Source: Octopus bimaculoides (lineage: Eukaryota). From it: a stretch of 42,593 bases of DNA. The position numbers and the translations under genes are program-made. This document shows positions 10,560 through 22,112 of this stretch, piece by piece; position 1 is the first letter of the stretch, and every line of letters starts with the position of its first letter. Location: contig NC_068989.1 in NCBI RefSeq assembly GCF_001194135.2, positions 20,353,890 to 20,396,482 on the forward strand, given 5' to 3'. A model generated the notes under the pieces. It was not told where the DNA came from and ran no database searches. It saw only the letters and a list, made by a program, of their open reading frames with translations.

Positions 10560-11100
10560 TATGTCGTTACTGAATATGATCAGGATGATATTGAACAACT
10601 TTAGACAAATGCAAGAGTAGAAGATATAAGTATACAAATAGTTTTCTTTTAAGAGTCCTTTGTTTTAGGATTAAGTCAATGTAGTGCTTATTGGTAAAGA
10701 TATGTAGCGAAAAGATTTTGAGCTTAAATATAAAAGATTTTTAAAAACTATAATCAGGTTAGGATAGTGGAGATTGGTAATAAAAGCAAGCAGTGATTCT
10801 TAGAAGCTGTAATGCAGATCTACATAAGTTTTTATAGTAAATCTCAAACGTATTAAGATTGATTGTGGTAAAATAAAAATTGCTATGTAAAAGACAAAAT
10901 AAGTCAAAGGTATAAGTATCAGAGAAATAATTATAAACAATAACAATATCAACAATAAGTGTTGATAACGGATGAAATGCTTACAGAAACTTAATATGTT
11001 TTCAAGACTGTTCACACTCACTAGTCCGATATAAAAAGCGAAGTAATAAGTGACGATGGGTTTGAATAGTAAAAAAGCTTTTAGTGAGAGAGAATTGATT
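10560..11100 (-). mobile_element. Possible highly decayed LINE APE-endonuclease remnant
   Basis: Weak motif traces on the minus strand (ITACFYYQSP ~ YRSP; IDLIL ~ LDL) with many stops. Confidence 0.3.
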
Positions 11101-11189
11101 GCCATAAAACAAATGTTGCAAGAAAATAGAATAATATTAAATTATTATGCTAATAAGGGTATGAGATAAAAGTCTGTGGGAGGAAACAA

Positions 11190-12700
11190 TGTATTATGCA
11201 TCTGTAAGTAATCTTGGTCTGTAGCAATCATTGATTTAGTCTAGTGGAAGAAGCTGTGCTTATCACATTTGCAGGCCTTCCGTAACTACTGAGATGCAAT
11301 TAATGTTAATCTTGAATAGCTGCAAGTCGACAGGTGAAGCAAAAGCACGTGCAGAGAAGGTATTGTAGGAGACCGACTTCCTGGAAAAGAAGGACAGGAA
11401 GGAAGGACAAGAAGGAAGGAAATAAAATGGTAGCTAATGTGAAGCCTATGGTGGTGGGTAAAGTATGGGGTAAGAAGAAGAAAGGTGAGTGAGTCAAGAT
11501 CGCCTTCGTGAATGTGGCTGGAACTCAATCAGCAGGGAGGTGAAGAAGCCACTGTAACAGTGATATAAAACTCAGCGAGATGATGACAGAGATGATGGGT
11601 GAGAAGTTGAAATATGATGGTGAATGCCATCATACCTATCTTTTATTTGGATTCGGTTCTTCGTTGTCACTCTATCTGTAATAGCATAATTTCTTAGATG
11701 TACAATTAGAACTCCATTGAAGGCCCCATCAGAGCTTTGAAGAGGGTTAGTAATTGTTCGGTAATGAGTTATTTTCTGGCTCTGAAGAAGAAAGCGACGT
11801 TGGGAGTGCGTACTTGTTAGGAGAGATCATTAGTGATGGTAAGATTAGGCATTTATAGCGACCGTGATATTCTAGTCGTGTGCCGCTTAGGTTAAGGGTG
11901 GAGTAGGTGCCATAATGTTTTCTTGATATATTTTCTTGTTTCAATCTGCTTTTGAAGGAAACAAAATTGAAACAATCTCATTGGATGAAGTTTTAAAAGT
12001 TTCTGTTTATGCTGTGGGTGTAGATTTAGTGAAAAATGGCTATGTTGCATGTGGATGATGCTTGTGTTCGGAAGGTAAATAAGAATGGTGATATCACTCC
12101 TGTAGGAGTCGGTGTTACTGAAGGTGGCGGCAAGTAGGTTTTTGAAGTATAGGAAGAAGAGTGTAGTGAACAAAACCGATCCCTGTTGAACACTAGTGAA
12201 GATAGAGTGTAAGTCAGAGAGGTAGTAATCCGCACGTGCTACTGTGTCTTACTCTGACTGGAAGCCACCGAATCAAAGTATGAGAGACGAGGAGAATTCA
12301 TAGGCGGTTGGTTTTGTCAAGAGATTTGTGTGTCAGATGCGTTCAAAAATTTTACTGATGTTGCGGGAAATAATGTTTTCATCGAATTTCTTGGAGGTGA
12401 GAGGCCATCAGCGAGAGGCACAGGAGAACAGTTCTCCAGTTGAACTTGATTTATGAAAGCTGGTGACTTATGCGTGGGGAAGAGAGAAAGAGAAATGTTT
12501 AATGAGTTGGGAAAAGTTGTTGTTAATGGTTGTTTTAATTATCTATGGAATATTGGAAGCCAGTGCGAATAGAATGATTGTCAGCAAGATCAGAAGGGCA
12601 ATAGACAGGTTTAGAATGTATTAAGGCTTTGAGAGTTCTTTGTTGGAAGTAGTACTGAGGGGTGGTTAAGAAGAGAAAGGTTAGAGAAATTAATTAACAA
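11190..12700 (-). mobile_element. Degenerate CR1-like (Zenon-like) LINE, RT to 3' end
   Basis: Minus strand: SDLHSIFTSVQQGSVLFTTLFFLYFKNLL (~GVPQGSVL.P.LF.L..NDL), SYRSDITI (~YADD), LNLSGTRL, and C-terminal FLSFFSRKS...YNTF...DLQLFKININ (~SFF.RT..LWN...LQ.FK..IN). May extend to ~13150. Confidence 0.7.
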
Positions 12701-13224
12701 AACTCTTAATTGTAAAGCTGACAGACGTTTATATTGCTGGTGTATGATTAGGTGAGGCAATATAGTTCATGTAATCTCATTGTGTTCTTTCGACTTCAAT
12801 TTCCATATATTACCAAAGGAAATATAGAGATATTAATTCCTCTGATATTGTGGCGAAGATTATAGGCCTCTACCTATAAGCAAAGTGATTAAACCTTAAA
12901 TTAAATGGATTAGTTATTAGAACAATATATGATTTAGAGGTGGTATTAGTTTTTTTACAGTAGCATAATAAACTATTAAAAAGAAAATTGAATTGCAGTC
13001 CTAAAGACAATTATCAGGAGCAATACAATTGAAAGTTAGAATATCGAGTTAAATATAGATTGATTGATGTAGGTTAAGGTGTGCTATGTAGAGTGTTGTG
13101 TTGTATGAAATTATAAGGTAATTTTCGTTACAAAATTAAGGTAAACGTACTTTGGAAGGAAATGTTTAAGTAATCGTTCAAAAACGACGTGCTTCTAGAT
13201 CACTTAAATCGATCTCAATACTTT

Positions 13225-13350
13225 ATTTATTTCATCTACCCAGCAAGAAAGAAAGATCAAATTAACCTTGGAGTGATTTGAACTCGGAGAGTAAAGGTCT
13301 GGAATTGAATCTTGCAAAGAATTTTTCTCGACGCTCTAACGATTCTATCA
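13225..13350 (-). mobile_element. SINE family B (old, partial)
   Basis: AAATTAACCTTGGAGTGATTTGAACTCGGAG...CGACGCTCTAACGATTCT resembles the reverse-complemented family B head. Confidence 0.55.
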
Positions 13351-14060
13351 AACCACTGCTTTCCCAAACGTCAATATTGCTTCAAATATAACTTTCAGTT
13401 AAGCAAGAAACTGTTGACATCAAGTGTTTGCTTCCAACGTTTGATGTCAATAACATCTTCATTTCAAAAGTATTTTCCGATAACATAATTCTACTGTGGA
13501 ATCAACAGATTTGTGGCTTATTGTAGTAGCAACCAATGAGTGTACTTAGCATCAAAGTTTGACATCAAATGAAAAGTGCCAGATAACTACTCAGAATTTT
13601 TTTGCTTGGTTGTAAAATTTATTTATTTATGATTTTATATCAGAAAAGAACATGCCTATGGTTAACTCCAAAGTAAATCGCGAACTTCTTCGAAGTGGTT
13701 TATTCACATTTCTTTTTTGTATTCTCGTGCTTCCCCTAAATATTATTCTGTAATATTCAGCCAACACAGCAATGACATTGGTTATGTTAATTCATGAAAG
13801 AAACAACAAAAAACTGTTTTGATGAGAATTTTATTAATCAAAATATGTTGTATCTTTTATATAATGATGTCTTGTATATATCGCAAGTGTATTAGCCATA
13901 GAAACAACATCAATGGTTGATAGGATATGGACCACTAACGCCTCCAGCTGGTTGCTTGACGTCTTACTGATGTGGTCATCGGTGGTTCTATCATATGGAA
14001 AAGAGGAATGTAGAATTTGGGAATTTCCTGAAATTTAAGAAGTCTAAAATATTGTTATAT

Positions 14061-14257
14061 ACGCACTGTGCATTCGTTCTTCACTTGTTTACTATTATTC
14101 TTATTTTAAGTCCATTACCTGGAAATCTTTCGTCACACATCTGTGACCTCTTCAGCGACTCTCTGAAGAGGTCTCATATGTGACAAAAGATTTCCAGACA
14201 ATGAATATAAGACAAAATATGAACAACAATAAACAAGTGAACGAATATATAGTGCGT
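14061..14257. ncRNA. ~200-bp head-to-head palindrome of a hammerhead-ribozyme-like / PLE pLTR-like unit
   Basis: Inverted arms around a 7-nt centre (14156-14162). Minus copy: CTGAAGA-G-GTCACA-GATG-TGTGAC-GAAA-GATTTC. Plus copy: CTGAAGA-G-GTCTCA-TA-TGTGAC-AAAA-GATTTC. The palindrome itself is certain; ribozyme identity is inferred. Confidence 0.45.
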
Positions 14258-14647
14258 GCGTTTATTTGACAAAAAAAACCAACAAAAAAAATGAACATCC
14301 CCAAGTATAACAATATCTGTTTCAACTCACGATTTCACATCAGGAATCTTGCAAAACAAACACATAAACTTCTATTCAAATAGTAAGACCAGATTGTGAG
14401 CCGGGATTCCAGGACTCCCTCACAGATACAACTTGTAGATGATACATGTTCAAACATTTTTGTCGAATCAATCAATGATTATAAATGTTATAGCTGTTTA
14501 AAATATTTTAAATCGAGTATGTATGGATGTACTGAATTGCGCTTATTTGGTTTGACAACACTTAATGACTTTTGGTTATCGATAATAATAGTAATAATAA
14601 TAAAAATAATATGGTTGTAAAGTTAATAATAATATTATGATTGTAAA

Positions 14648-15890
14648 GATCAGCTACTCATCAGTAAGATGATCTTAGAAAATCTTATCAATAGCCTGGA
14701 TAGATTATAAAAAAGCTTTTGATAGCCTATCACATAGCTGGATTAAGAAATGTCTGTAAGTATGAGATCATGGAGAATCACACTGACTTTGAACAGTGAC
14801 AATGAATCTCTAAATGCTGGAGATGTAAGAATCTCCTGTGGAATTTTCCAGAGTGACTCACTAATCACCATTCCTCTTATTTCTAGTCTTAATACCTCTC
14901 TCAAAATTGCTCAATGATGCACAGTACGGTTATAAAATGTCTGATAAAAATATAGATCATCTCATTTACATGGATGATTTTAAGCTATTTTAAAGCTGTT
15001 TAAAGCTATTTGCAAAAAAATGACCAACAACTCAAGGGCTTACTAGCGATTGTTAAACAATTCAGTGATGACATCAGGATGCAATTTGACCTGATAAATG
15101 TGCAAAAGCTACCTTTATCAAAGGAAAATTGACAGAAACATCTAACGTTAACCTTGACTAGCAGATTGTCATAAAAGAGTTAGAACCAGCGGAGAGCTAC
15201 AAATACCTAGGGGTAATTGAAGGGGACAATATCAAGCGTTCAGTGATGAGGGAAAGAATCAGAAGAGAATGTTATCGCAGAGTGAGAGCAATACTGAAGA
15301 TAGAGCTAAACGCAAGAAACAGGATAGAAGCGATCAATGCTCTAGCCATACCAGTCGTGACTTACAGTTTCAATATCGTTAACTGGTCAATTACTGAAAT
15401 ATGTAATGTTGACAGAAAAATACGAAAACTGTTGACAATACCCTAAAGCAGATATAGAACAACTTTATCTGCCAAGAAAAGAGGGAGGCCGTGGACTTTT
15501 ACAACTGGCATTAGCAATGAAATTTGCCACAATTGGCCAAGACACCTACCTGAAATACTTGTCTCGAAAGCATCATACTCAGTAACAAAACAGGCAAAGG
15601 AATATCTAAGTCAATTCTGAATACAACAAATTCCAGAATTAGACGTACTAGAAACAAGCGCAGAAAAAGCTAAGCCCATGAAAACCCGTGCTAAAACTGC
15701 CGCCTTAGATACTGTGACTGATAAATGGCAAGAAAAGCCTCTCAATGGCATATACACAAAGAGAGCGAATAATGCCGATGTTGACAAGGCCCTTACCCAT
15801 CAATAGCTAATGGCTTCTGGCTTAAAATCAGAAACAGAAGGGTTTATCATAGCAGCCCAAAATCAATGCCTACCTCCAAGGAACTACCAA
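14648..15890 (+). mobile_element. R4/Dong-clade non-LTR retrotransposon RT fragment (degenerate, truncated at both ends)
   Basis: IAWIDYKKAFDSLSHSWI, GIFQSDSL, HLIYMDDFKLF, YKYLG, RVRAILKIELNARNRIEAINALAIPVVTYSF, LYLPRKEGGRGL, GLKSETEGFIIAAQNQ; with stops, frameshifts and an internal deletion near 14760. Confidence 0.85.
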
Positions 15891-15974
15891 CAATCGCTCC
15901 ACGAACTATACACAAACCAACAAACGATATTCCGACAAACTATCAAAATGAAACATTAAGACTTTCTGCGATTA

Positions 15975-16151
15975 ATGCCTATTCTCTCCCCTATCTCAAC
16001 TCTAGTGTTCCACAGGTACTTAATTTTATCAACCCCGAAAGGATGAAAGGCAAAGTCGACCTCGGCGGAATCTGAACTCAGAACGTAGCAGCAGACGAAA
16101 TACCGCTAGGGATTTCGCCCGGTGTGCTAACGATTCTGCTAGCTCGCCGTC
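15975..16151 (-). mobile_element. SINE family B
   Basis: Reverse complement: GACGGCGAGCTAGCAGAATCGTTAGCACACCGGGCGAAAT...GTTCTGAGTTCAGATTCCGCCGAGGTCGACTTTGCCTTTCATCCTTTCGGGG. Confidence 0.9.
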
Positions 16152-16153
16152 AT

Positions 16154-16154
<1 letters not shown>

Positions 16155-16205
<51 letters not shown>

Positions 16206-16232
16206 CAACAACAACAACAACAACAACAATAA
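16155..16232. repeat. (TAA)n-(CAA)n compound microsatellite
   Basis: Seen directly. Confidence 0.97.
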
Positions 16233-16825
16233 TGATGTAACTCTACACGGAGATAAATACACAATAAGGAAAGTGCGATGCGATTTGTAATAAACTGTTT
16301 ATTTAACGGTTTGAACGATATTTCGACAGATCGTCTATCTTCTTCAAGTTGAAAATGCAAAATGAAAACAAGTGCAGGAATTCAAAATGTGAACGAGGAA
16401 ATCCTGCGTTCCTATTTCGATACAACAACATTATTAGTTTTCAATTTTTTAACTGGTAAGCAGAAAAAAAAAAGAAAAAAGAAAAGCGAAAAGAAAAAAA
16501 AAAGAAAAGAATATCTGGTCGAACAGTTTTGTGTAAATGTGATGAAATTCACCTCTCATTTTCTTTACGGAAGAAATAATTCATGTTTTACTTCTACTTA
16601 CAGGTTATTAAATCACCGAAACTATTAGTTCTGAAATACATGCATACTTTCTAAATAAAGCTTTTTTGTAGGATTTCATGTGCACATAAATTAACCTAGC
16701 CAAACAACAGTAGATTTACTGTTGTTCGAATTTAACAATCACAAAATAAACGTCATTCTTCTTTATTTTTTTATTCCCACTTTATTTCTTCTTTCTCTTG
16801 ATTCCGATTAATGAATCCATTTATA

Positions 16826-17212
16826 TTGTTGTTGTTGGCACTTCGTCGCTTACGACGTCGAGGGTTCCAGTTGATCCGATCAACGGAACAGCCTGCTTGT
16901 GAAATTAACGTGCAAGTGGCTGAGCACTCCACGGACACGTGTACTCTTAACGTAGTTCTCGGGGATATTCAGCGTGACACAGTGTGACAAGGCTGACCCT
17001 TTCAATTACAGGTACAACAGAAACAGGAAGTAAGAGTGAGAGAAAGTTGTGGTGAAAGAGTTATGCAGGGTTCGCCACCATCCCCTGCCGGAGCCTCGTG
17101 GAGCTTTAGGTGTTTTCGCTCAATAAACACTCACAACGCCCGGTCTGGGAATCGAAACCGCGATCCTATGACCGCGAGTCCGCTGCCCTAACCACTGGGC
17201 CATTGCGCCTCC
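16826..17212 (-). mobile_element. tRNA-derived SINE, family C, full length with (AAC)n tail
   Basis: Minus head GGAGGCGCAATGGCCCAGTGGTTAGGGCAGCGGACTCGCGGTC...GGTTTCGATTCCC (A box TGGCCCAGTGG, B-box-like GTTTCGATTCC); closely similar copy at 37538. Confidence 0.9.
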
Positions 17213-17524
17213 ACCCATTTATATTATATGGTATCATTCTATCTTCATTATGAGTCGTGAGATGAATGCATTCTGATCTAATTAAGGTTTACTTTACTAC
17301 TATTATATAAAATAAGCTATTCCGTTAAATTCTATGAGATAATTCAAAATGTAAATGATGCCAAAACTATAGCCATATTGGATTTCAAAGCGCTCTCTAC
17401 TATCATATATACTAAGACTTTATGATTCCTCTTCTAGAATATTCTTTAAAAAGGACAACCTAACTTTGAATTTCGCTTCACTCACTCGAATAGGTTAAAC
17501 CTTGAACAGCAATGTTTACTCTGT

Positions 17525-17712
17525 ATGAACTTGTAGTGCAACTGAAGCAACTAAATGCACATAAATGCTACATCAAAAGACATTAAGACACTTATGTTGC
17601 AGAAATACGTGTTGCATTGGAATCTAGTGTAAAGAACTTAATGAGAATGATACTGTAATAAACAAGTTTTGAAGATGCCTATTTCTCCATTCTTCTTTAT
17701 GTCGTCTTGATT
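17525..17712 (+). repeat. Unclassified interspersed repeat, copy 2
   Basis: Aligns by eye with the reverse complement of 5092-5262. Confidence 0.75.
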
Positions 17713-17770
17713 TGATATGTATATACATACATGCATGTATACATACATGCATGCATACATGCATACATAC

Positions 17771-18403
17771 AAAGTTGCAGGGAGTGTATGGAGTGTAGTA
17801 TATGAGCCGCACACAATTGTACGAGTGGTTCAGACGTTTCCAAGATGGCCGAAAAAATGCTGATAGTGGCGAACGTTCTAAGAGACCCGCAGCCATTAGA
17901 ACTGAGAAAAATATTATAAATGTGCGTGCAGCTTTGAGGGGAAATCGTCGAATCACCACCCGTTAGTTATCAGATGTGCAGGTTAGTGACGGTTCAGTTC
18001 AGTCCATTATCACTGAAGATTTGGGTATGAGACGCGTGTGTACCAAGTTTATGCCAAAACTGCTTTCAGTTGACCAATAAAACACTCGGGTTCCAGTTGC
18101 ACAAGATCTCCTTGACTGTGTTGAGAACGATGAAAACTTTCTGAAAACTTTGCATAGGTCTCTGAGCAGCTATCGCCAAGCTTTTGTCAAAATGTTATGC
18201 AGATTCTCTGCTCAGCTTCCTCTGTCAACGATCACACGTTACGCATGTTCCTTCCAAGCATTGCTGTAAACAACGTAAGTGAGCTAGAACGTTAGAACTT
18301 AATGCGCATGCACAGCAGCGTTCAAAGTCAATCTGTATTAAGCGGCATTACTCTGCATGCTTTAGCTTCGTTACTATGGCATTAGTCCGGCCCGGACCAC
18401 GTA
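17771..18403 (+). mobile_element. mariner-type element, internally deleted (N-terminal HTH region plus right TIR remnant)
   Basis: KLQGVYG..MSRTQLYEWFRRFQDGR...RRIT...IITEDLGMRRVCTKFMPKLL (mariner DNA-binding region, WVP.L-like motif); DDD domain absent; ends ...GTCCGGCCCGGACCACGTA. Confidence 0.8.
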
Positions 18404-18470
18404 TATTATCGACCGTGATTTCCAGCAAATATTGGTGCACTATTATATATATATATATATATATATATAT

Positions 18471-18964
18471 NNNNNNNNNNNNNNNNNNNNNNNNNNNNNN
18501 NNNNNNNNNNNNNNNNNNNNNNNNNNNNNNNNNNNNNNNNNNNNNNNNNNNNNNNNNNNNNNNNNNNNNNNNNNNNNNNNNNNNNNNNNNNNNNNNNNNN
18601 NNNNNNNNNNNNNNNNNNNNNNNNNNNNNNNNNNNNNNNNNNNNNNNNNNNNNNNNNNNNNNNNNNNNNNNNNNNNNNNNNNNNNNNNNNNNNNNNNNNN
18701 NNNNNNNNNNNNNNNNNNNNNNNNNNNNNNNNNNNNNNNNNNNNNNNNNNNNNNNNNNNNNNNNNNNNNNNNNNNNNNNNNNNNNNNNNNNNNNNNNNNN
18801 NNNNNNNNNNNNNNNNNNNNNNNNNNNNNNNNNNNNNNNNNNNNNNNNNNNNNNNNNNNNNNNNNNNNNNNNNNNNNNNNNNNNNNNNNNNNNNNNNNNN
18901 NNNNNNNNNNNNNNNNNNNNNNNNNNNNNNNNNNNNNNNNNNNNNNNNNNNNNNNNNNNNNNNN
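18471..18964. other. Assembly gap (N run)
   Basis: N run after (TA)n. Confidence 1.
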
Positions 18965-19139
18965 GTTGTGTCTGGGGAGAGTTATTCTGTTTTAATTACT
19001 TATTAATTAACACACTCACCGGTTCAATTTCCACTCATTTACTATTATCATTATTTCTGTTTTTCTAAAACTTTCGTTGCTTCTTGCAACCTCTTCGATG
19101 GTTGTTGATACCGTCCGTTACTGGAAGTGCTTTTTTTTT

Positions 19140-19224
19140 GCGTGTTTGTTTGGGCGTATGAATGCGCATCCACATGCATGTGTATACACATATGTATGTA
19201 TATCTGTCTATCTGTCTGTCTGCC

Positions 19225-19255
<31 letters not shown>

Positions 19256-19625
19256 ATGTATGTGTTTACGTATGCATGCATGCGTGTATGTGTATGGCAT
19301 ATATATATATGCATGTGTGTGTATTCTGCATATTCATGTGTTTGTATGTGCATGTCTGTGTGTATGTTTGTCTGTTTGTATGTGTGTGTGCGCGCACTTG
19401 TGTTTGTACCTCGGTTTCCTTGTGTGTGCGTGCTTCAATGTGTTTATGTGTATGGGTTTGTGTGACTATGTACATGCGTCTATTATGAATGGATGTGAGT
19501 CCTTATATATGTGTGTGGAGTGTTTGTGTGTATATGGTCACGTTTCCTTTTGTGTATGTATGTGTGTGTGCTTGTCTGTTCGTATTACCAACCTATCTAT
19601 GTATGTATGTATGTATGTATGTATG

Positions 19626-19691
<66 letters not shown>

Positions 19692-19866
19692 GTACTTGTC
19701 TATCTGTTTAAATAAATAAATAACAATAAATTGAACCAGTGAATGTGTTAATTAATAAGGCATCAAAACAGAATGAATCTTTCCAGACACAACAAAATAT
19801 GCTTCAACACACGAATTCGCATAAAAAATATTGCAAACCAAATACAAATACGAAATATATATATTA

Positions 19867-19937
<71 letters not shown>

Positions 19938-19945
19938 CCATATGT
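19140..19945. repeat. Mixed microsatellite block: (CTGT)n, degenerate (GT)n, (ATGT)n, (ATCT)n, (AT)n
   Basis: Seen directly; explains the overlapping low-complexity ORFs. Confidence 0.93.
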
Positions 19946-19984
19946 ATGAATGTGCGTGAGTGCATTTGTGCTTGTTTAAAGATA

Positions 19985-20105
19985 CAATAAGTACGTGGCT
20001 TTAAAAACTAATTGCAGGTCAATTTGTTCTACTAAAACCCTTCAAGGCGGTGCACCAGCATGCCACAGTGAAAAGACTGAAACAAGTAAAAGATAAAAGA
20101 TAAAA
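19985..20105 (+). mobile_element. SINE family A, 3' fragment
   Basis: GGTCAATTTGTTCTACTAAAACCCTTCAAGGCGGTGCACCAGCATG...GACTGAAACAAGTAAAAGATAAAAG matches the 3' part of the 4009 and 30576 copies. Confidence 0.8.
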
Positions 20106-21317
20106 CGTATAAATCTATTGTGAAAATCCACATCGCTAACATTACTATCAAAAGAGTAATACTGACTATAGCTAGTTACTGAACCTAGACTATATAGGTT
20201 ACTTAAGTAAAAACAATAAAACCAAAAAAAAAAAAGCAAAAGTAAAAGTATTAACTTCACATAATACCATTGCATACATAGTAGCAGCTTTGGTTAACTT
20301 GCTAGAGAAAGAATAGTTTTAAAAAATGCAGCTGTTTCTTTCGTATTGTTTTTTTTTCCAAAAAGCAGGTTCGTGATCTACGGCATGACGGTTTATAAAG
20401 GAATTAAGATACAATAATACGAACAATAAAATGCAATATTAACATCAGCCAGTATGATTTTATATTTTCATCTCACTATTACCTAATCAAATACCATGAA
20501 GTAATTCTATGTTTTCCTGATGTGCTCACAATAAGTTCGAAATATGTACAGATTTGTTTGCCGTACATGCAATCTATACATGCATGCGTGCATGCATCCA
20601 TCCATCCCGCCATCCATTCACATACAAACACAGTATATAATACATACATACATACATACATACATACATAACAGCAAATGGATAATGTGTCAATTCACTA
20701 CAGCTGTTTCCAACAAATTTTTAATTGATTAATGGAGACATTACATCATTAGAAAAAAACCGTTCAAAAGCATTCGAAAGCCAGCGGGATGTGCATCTTC
20801 ATGATTCTATATCCCTCGCTGGTCATAGAATGAATTTGTTACTTCACTTTGGTAGCATCATAGGAAAAATCGCGAAATCAAGGTAACGTAAATTTATAGC
20901 GATGAAGGAAGTTAGAGAACAGGGTAGGGGTGAGTCAGCGAAGTATCTAGCCCCTACAACTAAGATAGAGTTAATTTTTTTTAATCATTTAATTCTATTC
21001 AACAAGCAGTTTTCGGGCTAAAATTGACACATTATACATCTATTGTTATTTATGCGTTATTATTCATCTCCCTCGGAACCCGTTCCTTGCGTAGATCCGA
21101 AGTATATTATGGACCGTACATTTAGTACAATGTGTTTCTTGATTAGCCTCGGTGCTATTCATATACTCAGCTGGGTACAGTTAATTGTATACATAATGTG
21201 AATATTTTTCTGACTGCATATATGTTCCTCTAGTTTTGTTGTGTACACATTTTACTTTTCGACCCGACCCGGTGTCTCACCATTTAAATGCCTGATTCAC
21301 TTGAATTCTAATCTATT

Positions 21318-21580
21318 ATGCATGCATGCATGCATAGATACATACATACATACATACATGCATATATAGATACATACATAGATACATGCATACATACATA
21401 ATTACATACATACATACATACTACATATGTGTGTGTGTCTGTGTGTCTGTGTGTTATTAACGCTAGGAGAAGTACCGGTTCCAAATAGCATTCTGTACAA
21501 CTTACTTAACGTGGGTAAGCTGTATTGCGATATTCGTCTGGAAACAGTAACTCGTATTGCAGCTCATGAACGCACGCACG

Positions 21581-21650
<70 letters not shown>
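21318..21650. repeat. (TGCA)n/(TACA)n and (CA)n microsatellites
   Basis: Seen at ~21318-21440 and ~21570-21650. Confidence 0.9.
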
Positions 21651-21652
<2 letters not shown>

Positions 21653-22102
21653 CACTCGTTGTTAGTAATTGACCAATATTTACCCCTCATCGTATAATTC
21701 ATTGTATTTAACCATTTAATTCTCCACGCATTCACTTCGTTAACATTAACGTAATTACTGTTTGTGATACAGACGCCATTTTGAATTATTTCTTCCTTAC
21801 TCTATTCTATTTTTCTTCGTCAACCAATTGACTTAGTGATTCTCTAATAAATACTTCATTAAGAACATTGAACGATAGGCTTCGAGGATGATGTCATTAT
21901 AAGACAGAAATATATTCTAATTTTTTCCTGTACTTACCTAAAATATTCACCATTAATTAATATTGCTTTCCCACTATTATAATCAACTTTTTAAAGCTCT
22001 CTGTATTAAATATGTTAACATTAACTTAACTATTTTCTTTTCACAAAGATGGCGTATCCGAATTACTTATTGTCAAGTAATTTTTATTGCCTAATCAATA
22101 TA

Positions 22103-22112
22103 NNNNNNNNNN
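22103..22112. other. 10-N assembly gap
   Basis: N run. Confidence 1.

Noticed and set aside
16826-17212. tRNA-like sequence with A and B boxes (also 37538-38193, 4009, 30969)
   Set aside because: These are SINE heads with no full cloverleaf, continuing into repeated SINE bodies; not called tRNA genes.
19051-19719. Overlapping ORFs rich in C/V/Y/M or H/T/Q
   Set aside because: Translations of (GT)n, (CTGT)n, (ATGT)n and (ATCT)n repeats.
21048-21200. 50-codon plus ORF with a hydrophobic end (MRYYSSPSEPVPCVDPKYIMDRTFSTMCFLISLGAIHILSW...)
   Set aside because: Short, no recognised family, and within chance expectation.
21935-22000. Strong minus-strand donor AG|GTAAGT at ~21938
   Set aside because: All three frames from the nearest plausible acceptor contain stops.
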